Assembly (NCBI GenBank): GCA_002269645.1
Contig: NIVC01002583.1
Span: 1 to 64,000, forward strand
From: Macrostomum lignano
Lineage: Eukaryota
Direction: 5' to 3'
Length of the DNA: 64,000 nucleotides
Shown in pieces: positions 25,144 through 37,859 of the stretch (positions are counted from its first letter, which is position 1; each line of letters opens with the position of its first letter). A program made the translations under genes and the position numbers. The notes under the pieces were generated by a model that saw only the letters and a program-made list of their open reading frames with translations, was not told where the DNA came from and did no database searches.

Positions 25144-25367
25144 CAGGGGCGTCGCCAACCCTACCTCGTTCGTGACCCGTTATGGAAATCAATAATTTTG
25201 CTTCATGGCGACAAAATATAGCGCCTCCGAAGCCAAAATGAGTGCCAGCGGCGCCAAAATGAGCGCTGACAACACAGATAATGTACATGTAGAAATTTAG
25301 TCACGTACATGTACACGCAGAATTCTTGACTTTGTCCCCTACCATAAAATCCATGGCGACGCCCCTG
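25144..25367. mobile_element. hAT-type MITE, 224 bp
   Basis: Perfect 14-bp TIR CAGGGGCGTCGCCA / TGGCGACGCCCCTG and perfect 8-bp TSD AGTATTCC (25136-25143 and 25368-25375). Confidence 0.92.
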
Positions 25368-25697
25368 AGTATTCCAGAATCGGCTCAAGCACATTTTTTG
25401 GTATAAGATACTTTATCCTCTGCAGTCAGTTATTTACGAATTAAATTCGAAACTTTTCTGAGATCTTCTGTTGAAATTTATCATTGGATCACTATAAAAG
25501 TTCCAACCACACTTAAACTTGGAGTGAACTTCACTTTAAACCCCCAAATTGCACTTTGGGCAGGCCCTTACTGTTCGCGTAAGGTCTCGCAGGCGCACAG
25601 AATTTGAGTTACGTTTGCTGCATCCATCGCTATATACTTGCAGCATTGCTATAAACTCATCAGCGGTTTGCAGTGGCCGTTTCGACTTGTTCGACAC

Positions 25698-26230
25698 CCG
25701 GGGGGTGTTTCTCGAAACTCACGTAAGTTCTATGGTAAGTTAGATCGTAAGAAAGAAATTTACGTGTAGCGTAAGTTTGCTCGTAAGACGCTTTCTCAAA
25801 ACTCACTTAGACTTTGCGTGGCTTACGCTGTTCATAAATCGTATCTGAAACGAAAAGCTGCATGTCTATGGTCATAAATCTGCAAATATCTTTACTTAGT
25901 CTATCGTAAGTTGCTTTCGAGAAAGACCCACCTTCGATAAAGTTTAACTTGACTTGGCTTGACTAAATCTTCACGTACTATGCGATTAGTGCTTAAGTGC
26001 GTCTTACGACTGATACCGAGCAGTCGTAGGGTTAAGATCAACCTTACGAAAGACCATAGACAAACGAACGTTTCGAGAAACAGTCTTTTGCGCAAAATTA
26101 CGAACTCGTAAAGTTGCGATCAATCTTACGCATAGCTAACTTGCGAGCCCTTCGAGCAACCCGTAAGTGTAGCTTACCCAACTTACGTCTATGGTCGATC
26201 GTAAGTTGCTTTCGAGAAAGACCCCCCGGG
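25698..26230. mobile_element. MITE with GGGGGT...TTCTCGAAA termini (PIF/Harbinger-like)
   Basis: CCGGGGGGTGTTTCTCGAAAC vs GCTTTCGAGAAAGACCCCCCGG inverted ends, with many internal CGTAAG/CTTACG motifs. TSD ambiguous. Confidence 0.65.
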
Positions 26231-27184
26231 CCCATCACCCATACTTATACATGCATGATGGACTTATCAGGATCTGCAGTTTCAAGAAGATATCTATTGA
26301 AGCTCTGCAACGCTTTCGCCTCTCAGTTTTTGTACAAATGACCGGTTTGCCTAGCCGGCTTGCACGGCCTGGACTAACCGGCGTTTGCGATTGGCTAGGA
26401 GGGGTTGTTTGGCTCCACCCGTGGGGGGTGGGTTTGCGGCATTGGGGTGGGTGGTTGTGTGCTGTACCTTTTTAGGCCTCGCTTGTTCTCGCGGCGTTGA
26501 ATTTTCAACTTGAAGTTGAAGTTGAATGGAGCTAAAGTTCTGCTTAGTTGTTTCATTCAACTGAAGTTTTCTACTGAGCACTTGCAAATTGAGAACTTAG
26601 GCAACATTTAAGCTCATGATAATCTCCCGATACTCTCTCGCGATAACATAAAACTTGCCCGTCTGGAACAATTGCATTGAATCGCTATTCTCAAATATTC
26701 ATTCTTGCGAATTCCCTATTGAAGTCTAGCTATTAGAGCTCTTGATGACGAGCAGAAAACTCTTTCCCAATGAATTTTTCTGCAGGAAGTGAACGGAAGC
26801 AAATCAATGGATTTAATTGAGACAATTGAAACCTTCATCCTTTGTTAGACTGCGGTGCAAAAGCTGCGCACAATTCAACCGGATGAAGTGTGACTCGAAT
26901 CTAAAAAACTGCCCACTTGCTTTCTGAGCCTGCAGCAGGTGGCAGTTGCTACTGGCGACTCAAAAATCGCAGAGCATCAACACTGGTCTTCATTTTCAAT
27001 CTCCAAACCAAAAATGAGTTTAAAAGAATTGAAAGGAACTAGTCTTCACAGAATCAAAACAAGTTTTGTCAGATAATGACAGACAACCTTTGAAAGCAAA
27101 AAATGCATTAACAAATGGTTTAATGGCTTGAATGCCTCGTTCCGGTTTCCAATTCAAACTATGAGCAGCCATGCAGCTATGGCA

Positions 27185-29390
27185 GATTATGTCTTTGGTT
27201 GTGGAGTTAAACATTAGTAATGTTTAGATTGTGTCTTTGGTTGTAGAGTTAAACATTAGTAATGTTTAGATTGTGTCTTTGGTTGTAGAGTTAGGCATTA
27301 GTAATGTTTAGATTGTGTCTTTGGTTGTGGAGTTAGACATTAGTAATGTTTAGATTGTGTCTTTGGTTGTGGAGTTAGGCATTAGTAATGTTTAGATTGT
27401 GTCTTTGGTTGTGGAGTTAGGCATTAGTAATGTTTAGATTGTGTCTTTGGTTGTGGAGTTAGACATTAGTAATGTTTAGATTGTGTCTTTGGTTGTGGAG
27501 TTAGGCATTAGTAATGTTTAGATTGTGTCTTTGGTTGTGGAGTTAGGCATTAGTAATGTTTAGATTGTGTCTTTGGTTGTGGAGTTAGACATTAGTAATG
27601 TTTAGATTGTGTCTTTGGTTGTGGAGTTAGACATTAGTAATGTTTAGATTGTGTCTTTGGTTGTAGAGTTAGGCATTAGTAATGTTTAGATTGTGTCTTT
27701 GGTTGTAGAGTTAGGCATTAGTAATGTTTAGATTGTGTCTTTGGTTGTGGAGTTAGACATTAGTAATGTTTAGATTGTGTCTTTGGTTGTGGAGTTAGAC
27801 ATTAGTAATGTTTAGATTGTGTCTTTGGTTGTGGAGTTAGGCATTAGTAATGTTTAGATTGTGTCTTTGGTTGTAGAGTTAGGCATTAGTAATGTTTAGA
27901 TTGTGTCTTTGGTTGTGGAGTTAGACATTAGTAATGTTTAGATTGTGTCTTTGGTTGTGGAGTTAGGCATTAGTAATGTTTAGATTGTGTCTTTGGTTGT
28001 AGAGTTAGGCATTAGTAATGTTTAGATTGTGTCTTTGGTTGTGGAGTTAGGCATTAGTAATGTTTAGAATGTGTCTTTGGTTGTGGAATTAGACATTAGT
28101 AATGTTTAGATTGTGTCTTTGGTTGTGGAGTTAGGCATTAGTAATGTTTAGATTGTGTCTTTGGTTATACTTAGGCATTGGTAATGTTTAGATTGTGTCT
28201 TTGGTTGTGGAGTTAGGCATTACTAATGTTTAGATTGTGTCTTTGGTTGTGGAGTTAGACATTAGTAATGTTTAGATTGTGTCTTTGGTTGTGGAGTTAG
28301 ACATTAGTAATATTTAGATTGTGTCTTTGGTTGTGGAGTTAGGCATTAGTAATGTTTAGATTGTGTCTTTGGTTGTGGAGTTAGGCATTAGTAATGTTTA
28401 GATTGTGTCTTTGGTTGTGGAGTTAGACATTAGTAATGTTTAGATTGTGTCTTTGGTTGTGGAGTTAGGCATTAGTAATGTTTAGATTGTGTCTTTGGTT
28501 GTAGAGTTAGGCATTAGTAATGTTTAGATTGTGTCTTTGGTTGTAGAGTTAGGCATTAGTAATGTTTAGATTGTGTCTTTGGTTGTGGAGTTAGGCATTA
28601 GTAATGTTTAGATTGTGTCTTTGGTTGTGGAGTTAGGCATTAGTAATGTTTAGATTGTGTCTTTGGTTGTAGAGTTAGGCATTAGTAATGTTTAGATTGT
28701 GTCTTTGGTTGTGGAGTTAGACATTAGTAATGTTTAGATTGTGTCTTTGGTTGTGGAGTTAGACATTAGTAATGTTTAGATTGTGTCTTTGGTTGTGGAG
28801 TTAAACATTAGTAATGTTTAGATTGTGTCTTTGGTTGTGGAGTTAAACATTAGTAATGTTTAGATTGTGTCTTTGGTTGTAGAGTTAAACATTAGTAATG
28901 TTTAGATTGTGTCTTTGGTTGTGGAGTTAGGCATTGGTAATGTTTAGATTGTGTCTTTGGTTGTGGAGTTAGACATTAGTAATGTTTAGATTGTGTCTTT
29001 GGTTGTGGAGTTAGGCATTAGTAATGTTTAGATTGTGTCTTTGGTTGTAGAGTTAGGCATTAGTAATGTTTAGATTGTGTCTTTGGTTGTAGAGTTAGGC
29101 ATTAGTAATGTTTAGATTGTGTCTTTGGTTGTAGAGTTAGGCATTAGTAATGTTTAGATTGTGTCTTTGGTTGTGGAGTTAGGCATTAGTAATGTTTAGA
29201 TTGTGTCTTTGGTTGTGGAGTTAGGCATTAGTAATGTTTAGATTGTGTCTTTGGTTGTGGAGTTAGGCATTAGTAATGTTTAAATTGTGTCTTTTGTTGT
29301 GGAGTTAGGCATTGGTACTGTTTAGATTGTGTCTTTGGTTGTGGAGTTAGACAATGGTAATGATTCGATTGTGTCTTTGGTTGTGGAGTT
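27185..29390. repeat. 42-bp satellite array, ~52 copies
   Basis: Unit CATTAGTAATGTTTAGATTGTGTCTTTGGTTGT(G/A)GAGTTA(GG/GA/AA); stop codons in all six frames. Confidence 0.98.
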
Positions 29391-30589
29391 TTTCTTGAGT
29401 GGCGAAGTCACAAGTGACTTAAATCAATCCTTGACCATACTAAAACCATGAGGTATGAACACATTGGCTGAGTAATTTAGCTCGTACTTTTAGTAGCCTT
29501 AAATAATGGACGATTTTGAAGTGTGGAATGATGAGTTTATAGCGTTGGGCAATGTTCTGAAACTCTAGCATTTACCTCACGCTTTGAGTCTTCTTTTACG
29601 TGGCACCTGCTTACGTGTTTCTCGCAAGTAAACTGCCGGATTCACAACCATAAAGTCCTCCACACCTCCACAATCTTCTATACTCGTATATGTCTCGCTT
29701 CTGAGCTACGCATCACTTGAAATTGCATATTGCTAGGTAGTAATTATTTCGCAAATCAGTAAATGTGCATTTATGGAAGCAACTGAGGAGTAATGGCCGA
29801 AACTAATGGCTGTCCAAGTATTCAATATATAATGCCTCGTCATTTACAGCCATTACGTAGCACTTACAACTCATCAAACTGTTTAGAAAGCTGTTAGGTG
29901 AAAAAAGTTTCATGCGCTTACATTTTTTGGTATTTTATCTTTCAGTCGTTTGAAATTCGTGTCCTTCACGTTTTGCCGTCTCCAGTAAGCATTGTTCCTG
30001 AATTTTACAAGCCGGTAAATTTCCATGAAACGCGAGTGTTACTCTCTGACACATCCGTAACTTCAAGCCTTCGGTTCGGACAAGTGTTTCAACGGCAGTT
30101 TCAAAACTGGAATAGCTAGTTAGTATAAGCTTGGTTCATAATAGTGAAAGTGAAATGTAAGGCGCTCTTGCCTTGACAGGGAAATTACGGCTGTCATGAT
30201 AGATCCTAGTGACATCGATTACCAAAAGCTACTTGAGGAACAACAACCCATCAGCTAGGGCAATATAAAATATTGCTGCTAGTACGAGTTATTAAAACAC
30301 TTTCGCTCGTATTTTGAAGTACGTGTTGTACTCGGAAGCCAGGCCTGCCATCAGTCATAAAGATACTCGCTGTAGATGTTGCAACTTTGCGAGAAACTGC
30401 ATCTCGTACTTTTTGCAACCCCGGGCTTGGAACTCCAATATAGCAAACCAAATAAGTGACTTTAATTCAAATATCGTCTTCCATGCGATTGGTAGAGAGC
30501 CCAGTGCTTCCAACTCTTCCTGCAATCGCATGTAAAACCTCGGCTGGCAGCAGCGCTTTTCGTGTCTGAGTCCAGAAAGAAAACTTTTC

Positions 30590-31880
30590 ATGCACTGCCT
30601 GCTTATTTTTCTACCACTGCTTGCACAGCAGCTGGTGTCAGCGCACAGCAACAGTCGCTTGTCGCTTTGGCAGAGCGTCGACTTGCTTGACGGTGTGTGC
30701 CTCGCAAGCGCGGAAGTACCAGAAGCCTCAGTAGTCCCTGTCGCAGCAAATGCCAGCCAGATCGAGTGCGCCGCCGAGTGCGACAAAACAGCCGGCTGTT
30801 TGGCCTGTTCGCGCGAGTCTCTTGGCCCGGTTGGCGGGTTTCGTCAGCAGCTGGTGCTCAGTTTCTCAGTCTCTTGGAGGCTGGGAAACTGCCAGAAGAT
30901 TTCTACAAAGGACAAGATCAACCAAACTTTGAACGGTGCGTTTGCAGACAGGACATTGTAAACGTTTTTTTGACTAGAACAGTGTTTAGAGTTAAATAAT
31001 CCAACAACAATATGCTTGCAACATAACAAACATGCAATGAAGTCTACTCTCCCCTCAATTCCAATGACAGAATTCTGCCAACCAGACCACCTAATTGAAG
31101 CAACATTCATCATTGCCTCGAACTCAACTGGAGCAGCGGTCAGTCTGGCCGAGCTCCTCTGCTCCCGCTGGTGCACGCGGCTGGCGGCGGACGGCTCAAT
31201 GTTCGCGCCGATTCTCGACGCGGCCGCCGCTCCCGAAGCCGCCGGATCCGCCGTCCGCTGCCTGCCGCTCAACGCCTCCGCCTACTTCGCCCACATCGCT
31301 GCCGCCGCCCCAGCCGCGGACTTCTCGCCTCTCGCCGTGTCGGTCCGTTGGCGAAGCCACTTCTCCAGCGAGACCTGGTGCACCCACACTGCAGCCGCCA
31401 ATGTCCCGCCTGTGCTCCGCCTCGCTTGGTCGCAGCCGCATCACCTGGACGTTTGCGCCCACGCCTGCGCGTTGCGTCCGACCTGCGAGTTCTTCGTCTT
31501 CAACGCGTCCGGCTGCTTCGAGGGATCGCTCAGCCTCTACCTGAACAGCCGCCTCCACGGCGTCCAAGGCTGCAGCATGTGGCACAAAGCGCGCACCTGG
31601 GCCTCATCAATGCTCGCTTTCTACACCTTCAACTCGAGCATGCTAAACCTCGCCAACCTGACCGTCATGCCGGCCGTCAACAACACACCGATCGACATCG
31701 GACCCGACGGCGTCCAGATTCCGACGATTGAGACGCAGTTCGTGAGACTCAACCTGTCGCACATCGGCTTCAACTCGCTCGTCAGGTTAGTTTTTTGTTT
31801 TTGTATTTTGAATTTGAATTTCAATTTTTCACTGACCCTCCACTTCTAATCTAAAGGCATCTTTCTATTGCTTGTCCGTA

Positions 31881-31962
<82 letters not shown>

Positions 31963-32484
31963 TGATAGATGATTCATTTTCAAAAAATCTGTACTACGCT
32001 CGGATAATCTTGCAGGAAAAACACGTCATTCACTTTCTTGGTGACCTTCAGTCGTGGAGTCCCAAAGTCCCGATCCGAGCTCGCCATGTTCGCCAGCTGC
32101 TCCAACAACAACAACCACAACGGTGCCATCAACGAACAATCCGTTGGCAACGAAGGCTGGTTCCTGAACTCCTTGACTGGCGATTGGCAGATCGCAACGT
32201 CCGTCGCTGCTGGATCGACTTACACCTATCCCAGCGGCTCTGCAATCCACTTTGCCATGGCCATCGGCCCGACATCCGGCTACTTTTTGGTCAACGGCGT
32301 GAAGCTGGACACCACCTTCTACACCTCCGCCAGCACGTACGGCACGGATCCCGAGCGAATCGGCTGCCTCTACCTTGGCTTCAACTGGGCTGATTCGCCG
32401 ACAAAGTTTTTGAACGGCCGAATCAAAGTACTCGGCATCTTCAAAGAAATGCTCACTGTTGAGCAGGTCAAAGAGTTAATTTGA
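30590..32484 (+). CDS. Secreted PAN/apple-repeat + LamG/ConA-like protein, copy A (exons 30590-30935, 31071-31785, 32016-32484; ~509 aa, intact)
   Basis: Signal peptide MHCLLIFLPLLAQQLVSA; PAN-type Cys motifs ECAAECDKTAGCLAC, LLCSRWC...VRC and VCAHACALRPTCEFFVFNASGC. C-terminal LAFYTF...YFLVNG...LYLG...FLNGRIKVLGIFKEML fits a LamG3/pentraxin-like fold. Canonical GT-AG junctions in phases 1 and 2 keep the frame. Confidence 0.8.
31885..31960. repeat. (TATC)n microsatellite in intron 2 of copy A
   Basis: Direct reading. Confidence 0.97.
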
Positions 32485-32784
32485 TGACAAAACCAGAGTC
32501 AGATGTTGCAACCACCGCAGTTTATGCGTTGCTGGACAAATGAAATAAAGTCTTGCATGAAATAGACCAACGGTCAATTGGAAATCTTTGAGTTTCCCAT
32601 CGAGAACAAGCTTCGCATGATCAAAATTGATATTCGAATATTTCGTTAACACATGTACATCAACTTAGCTGTCTGTTGTCTTAGGTGAGCTTACGCTAAG
32701 AATCACCCACAATGACACGCTTTGGTCGTATGAATGAAGAGAGCTGTTTGGAAGAAAATATAAATCATAAATTTTGTCCTGCCA

Positions 32785-33160
32785 TAGACCTTGTCTACCA
32801 TAGATCCTGTCTACCATAGACCTTGTCTACCATAGACCTTGTCTACCATAGATCCTGTCTACCATAGATCCTGTCTACCATAAATCCTGTCTACCATAGA
32901 TCCTGTCTACCATAGATCCTGTCTACCATAGACCTTGCCTACCATAGACCTTGTCTACCATAGACCTTGTCTACCCATAGATCCTGTCTACCATAGATCC
33001 TGTCTACCATAGATCCTGTCTACCATAGATCCTGTCTACCATAGATCCTGTCTACCATAGATCCTGTCTACCATAGATCCTGTCTACCATAGACCTTGTC
33101 TACCATAGACCTTGTCTACCATAGACCTTGTCTACCATATAACTTGTCTACCATAGATCC
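32785..33160. repeat. 16-bp minisatellite (CTACCATAGATCCTGT / CTACCATAGACCTTGT)
   Basis: Direct reading. Confidence 0.95.
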
Positions 33161-33899
33161 AAGGACCACTAGGAACACTTAGTTCATAGCCTGACTGCTT
33201 ACTTCTTCTCTGCCTGCGGGTCCACTGTCGTCTCGGCTTGGCAGTGCCCAAAGCCCCAGCAGAACAGCAAACTGAGGACAGGTGGAATGGATGGGAACTT
33301 TGACTTATAGACAAACCAGGCTATCTGATCATTCGCTCAGGAGAATACTCATACTCACTGTATAGTATCACTGTATAGAAGTTGCTCACGCTTGAGAATA
33401 TTCTCCGAGTCAAAGAAATAATTCTATGAGAAAGCTTAGGTTAATGCCTCTCGCCGGTTGTGTGACAATGTCGCTTATAAAGTGCGACAAGGTGCGCACA
33501 GGCCTCTAACTAAAAAATAACTTAAACCGGGTCTTCCCTTTTACTTGTTTGAGTTTACACTACTTTGCAAACTTTTAACCATAGACAAAGCTATGTTCTC
33601 ATGCTTGCCTACGTTCGAAAAGTTTCGCATTTCGAATGAGCTTACAAGTTTGTTTCCTATTTCCTTACTGAAACCGCGGCAGCCTCACGACTTCATTGAG
33701 CATGATTGACGAAAGCAGTGACGCCGAAGACGAGGTGTTCGTAAAATGCCCCCCACACCCTACCGTCTAAAACAATGGGAAGACGCCATGCACTCTGGGA
33801 AAAAAGAATGCAGCGTTTGGCTCGGTACGAATTGAGTTGGAAGAAATCGGTGTCAATCTAACCTGCAAGAGGATAAATAAAACACTACCCAACATCAAG

Positions 33900-34697
33900 A
33901 CGCGACTGAAGGCTGAAATGGACTTAAAGAAGTGAAATAGATGGGGTTTTCTCGGGGTGGCCTGGTAGGTCTTTGAATCCCACCGCTGCCACCAGTGAAA
34001 TAGAATGGTTTTTCTCGGGGTGGCCTGGTAGGTCTTTGAATCCTACCGCTGCCACCAGTGTTGTACCTGTGGTTGTCCTGCTGTACAGCGCAGTGACTTG
34101 GGCTCTCCGTCTTCTCACTCGGAAGCCTTCTTAACTCTCTCAGTAGCGTAGGTAGTGCTGCCACCAGTTCCTTCAGGTCTCGGCCTTCGATGAGGTGAGC
34201 TTCCCGTCGGAACGAAATAAACAAGTCAACGAACTCAGCACAGCGTGCAGATTTGCAGATTAATGAACAAGGCGTCCTGATCAGCAGATCCCCGCCGGGC
34301 TCAGGGGTGACTGGGAAGGCAGTGTTAGCCTCCCTTAGGCTTGGGCTTTAGTGGGGTCTCAGTCAGACCAGTACAAACGGATTCAGTACGCAAAGGGCAC
34401 TTAGTTAGACACTGACGCACACGGGTTCTTAGTGAATTCTCCGCAGATAAGAAGCCAATCAATTCCTTGACGGAAACAAGGGGAGAGGGGTCCTATTTAT
34501 AGCCGGGAAACACCCACGCACAAGACCTCGTGACTTGTTCTATTTTTAGAACTGACGTCACTTGAGATCTCGAGGCAGGGTCTCAGTGCGCGCAAGACCT
34601 CGTGACTCGTTCTATTTTTAGAACTGACGTCACTTGAGGTCTCCGGCCAGAGTACACGCGGCTGTGACTCAGTTGCTATTTTTAGCAACATGAGTCA
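33900..34697 (-). mobile_element. LTR of a Gypsy-like retrotransposon (~34059-34690/34697) with a tRNA-Leu primer-binding site, duplicated
   Basis: Minus-strand TGTTG...CAACA ends and internal TATAAATAGG. It is followed after 1 nt by TGGTGGCAGCGGTAGGATTC (34057-34038) and again by TGGTGGCAGCGGTGGGATTC (33994-33975), the complement of the tRNA-Leu 3' end GAATCCCACCGCTGCCACCA. A purine tract AAGGAGAGGAG precedes 34697. Confidence 0.75.
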
Positions 34698-36089
34698 CTC
34701 CTCTCCTTAGAGAAGGGAGGGGTCCGAAAGCACGTGATTCTCCCGGTAAACAGGGCCAACGAGTGCAGTAAACATGTTTACTGCACTTTAGGACTCGAAG
34801 AACGCAGAGTCTGTCATGTGACTTGCTCACATGACAGAGGAAAACGGGACGGGAACGAAACAGAGACAGCCCACAGCAGAGAAGCTGAGGGCCGAGAACA
34901 GAGACGCAGAAGGGCAGAACAGGCCAAGGGCAGCAACAGACGGGCCAAGGGGGGTGGGAAGCTGACCAGCGGCAGACAGCAACCCAGGGCGAGGGCGAGG
35001 GAGACTGCTGACAAAGTGGGACGCCTAACATCAACTAGCGGATCACTACAGAAGACTTTTAGAATCCTTTTCCGAGCAAATATTCAGAAGGGACAGGGCC
35101 TGTACTTTATATTGACAGGGGTAGCTCTTCAACCTCGGAGTATTTGTTCTATACAGCTTGAGCGAATTCTCACAAGAAAATTCTCTTATAGAAACTGCTC
35201 ATCACAGAATCAACCTTTATGTACAGACCTGAGGAAGTCCTTGAGTCGGAGCAAATCCTCATTGTATCCATACGGCCTTGAAATCACAGGAAAAGAATTC
35301 GAGCAAACAAGATTCCTGACCTGCTGGTGTCATGATTTCTGGAATGCTAATGGCATAGCCATATCAGTTGAAACAAGCGAGTTGATAACAAGGCATCAAC
35401 GTAAAAAAATAAAATAAGAATGAAACAGCAGCAGTCAGCAAAAATGTGTCTGACCTGTCAATTTCACTCTCCACATCCTCTTAACGCAAGGGAGCGCAGA
35501 GTATTATGGCCCAGGGCTCAGTTTCAGAGCTGTGACTGCCTTGAGTCTGCCGAGCGTTCCACTTTGCTAATCATTTTTTTCAAAGAAGCATTTTAGGGAT
35601 GAGAAGCTACAATGCAAGATCGGATCGTCAAAAAGCTAAATGTTATATGGCTGTGGATTTTTATCATTGCTACCCTACGCTCGTGCTTGTACCTTCCAAC
35701 CAAGCTATCCAACAAGGCTTCTAGGCTTCTAATCCAACAAAAGCATTCTCTAAGCATTTTACCAACGTGTCATATAGCTGGACGCCAGATAGAGAACGAA
35801 GCCGGTGCACCTCTATTAGACTATAGCGCACTTCTATAGTGTACTCGCTCCCCGAAATTCAGCTATGGGCAACAGTTTGTTAAAATGCATAATTTTTTTC
35901 ATTATGGTCAACACACTGTCCACGCTTCGCCACGCCCTAATTTGCTTGATTGCCAGTCTCATGAAGCATTTGATGAAAGAATGGTTTTAGAAACTTGTGA
36001 GTGCACCATGTAGAGAGCACATGGATGATTGTGAGTGCACCATGTAGAGAGCACATGGATGATTTTTGGAGTTTGGAAGTCCAGCAAGT

Positions 36090-37690
36090 ACTTTACTAGT
36101 CCATGATGTCGCTGCTGCTGGTTTTGTGAGACAATTGAACATGATCGCTGCCGTCTTAGTCTCAGAGAGCTTTAGACCACAACGATCCGCTTATTGCTCA
36201 GCGAAATTGGAATTCTGAAGAAGGTCCCTAATGGTATCAGGGGACGGACCAGAAGCCACTGCGGTGACATCGTCGGCATATATCCTACTTTCAGAATGGG
36301 GTCAGGCCAAGCATCTTGAAGGAGCTCATCGATGATCATATTCACAGAACTGGAAACAGCACCCCATCTTGCGGGCTACCTTTGCAGACAGGGACCGTCC
36401 TCTGGAAACCCAGCAAGCTGGCGGTGGCCGTGCGATGGCTGATCATGTACATGATTCACCTGGTGAGATGTGAGTGCGTTTGCCTCTCACAGAGGGCTCT
36501 CCGGAACGCCTCGAAGAGGACGTTATCGAAGGCGCCAATGATGTCCAAGAAGATCCCCAGAGCGAAGCCGTTACCAAGCACGGCCTTCTCTAGTTTATCG
36601 ACCAGGACATGAAGCGCGCTTTCGGTGGATCGACCCAGCCCGAAAAGCGTGCTGGTTTTCGCTGAGAGGCTTGTTCCTTCGCTGGTCTCTTGGTTTTAAT
36701 TGCTCTGCGGTTGGAGTCTCTTAGCTCTGCGACGGAGGTTGCCGAGCTCGGGATTCCACCACAGCGAAGATTTTTCCCTAATTTCGGCAGAAGCTCGCGT
36801 AGACTCCGGCGGGTGTCCTCCGAGTTGCACCAGATGAAGATGCAGCCGTCGGTCTTTGCTGATCTGACCACGCTCAGGGGGCGGACTGCCAGGTCAATGA
36901 GGTCTTGCTTTTCCCCGAAGACGATGACCGCCGGTTAGAGCTTGACCTTTGTGGCGTAGTTGCGGTGGCTCCCGAAAGCCCGGCCTCGCTGATGGTAGGT
37001 TTGCCGGGTGGCATACCAGCGGGGGTTGTTTCCTGTGGGGCAGGGGTCACTGTGGCTTCTTTCGGCCCAACAGCAGCCTCGCCCTCCCAAGGTTTTCCCT
37101 CCGCAGGTGGCCGGCCCGCAGCCTCGCTATAGCGTTGTCGCTGTCGTCGCTCGTTGCGGCGTAAATTGCGGGCACGTCGAGCCTCCGCGGAGGGCCCGGG
37201 TACGCGTGCGGGTTCGTCACCGGACGATCAGGCGGCAAGCCCAATTGCCCCTGGTGGGGCGGCGCTGCGGCCGGAGTTGCAGGGATCCCGACTTCAGCGG
37301 GATTTTTAGAGGCGGAGGATGCCATAGCTGAAAGCGGGAAGGAGTGGGCAGAGTCACAAGGAAGAAGGTAGAAAGAAAAATCGGGGACCGCTAGCGACTG
37401 GACTACTCCCCAGTCTTCCAGCCCATCGGTGCGTTCAAACACCTTAGGCATTAGAGGGTACGTTAATCAGTACCACGGCCTGCGGACTGGATGGGTGGCC
37501 AGCGTCGGAGCCCAGTCTGTTCAGCAGCCCTAAGGACTGCCTTGAACACTCGCGGGGACGAGTACCCCTGGGTCGACTTGCGAGCAGCGTGGGCGAGTCT
37601 GCAGCTGCCAGAGGCAGATAGATCGTGCAGACCTCCCACCAGCGTGCACCTGCTGAAGATAGGGGCAGGCGTGAAGCATCGCAGACCATA
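36090..37690 (-). mobile_element. Degenerate, internally deleted LINE (5' UTR/ORF1 start joined to reverse-transcriptase fragment)
   Basis: Minus-strand translation gives LVDKLEKAV..GFALGIFLDIIGAFDNV, KGSPQDGVL, YADDVTAVASG and CGLKLSETKTAAIMF, with stops and frameshifts. Confidence 0.82.
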
Positions 37691-37694
37691 GCCT

Positions 37695-37815
37695 ACAGTT
37701 GTAAGAAGTTACATAATTGTACCCCAGGTACAAGCAGCCGATGGATTCGGGGTCTACGCCATAACTGCTCGGACGCGTCGAGAAGGTGCTGTTAATCTCC
37801 AGGCCGTTCACATTT
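37695..37815 (-). pseudogene. Orphan fragment of the LamG exon (copy D, C-type sequence)
   Basis: VNGLEINSTFSTRPSSYGVDPESIGCLYLGYNYVTSYN closely matches copy C exon 3 (VNGLEVNSTFSKYPSSYGVDPESIGCLYLGYNYIATYN). It is bounded by retroelement sequence on both sides. Confidence 0.85.
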
Positions 37816-37859
37816 ATCTTAACAATATTTATGGTCTTCACAATTTTTTGATGCCGTTT

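Noticed and set aside
25120-25165. 5S rRNA-like TATTCCCAGG stretch
   Set aside because: Explained by the TSD plus TIR of the hAT MITE; no further 5S similarity.
26560-27180. Possible decayed coding sequence flanking the 42-bp satellite (also 29400-29880)
   Set aside because: Multiple stops in the frames tried and no motif identified.
27185-29390. Possible CRISPR array or repeat-protein CDS
   Set aside because: No spacers, and every frame on both strands contains a stop within the unit.
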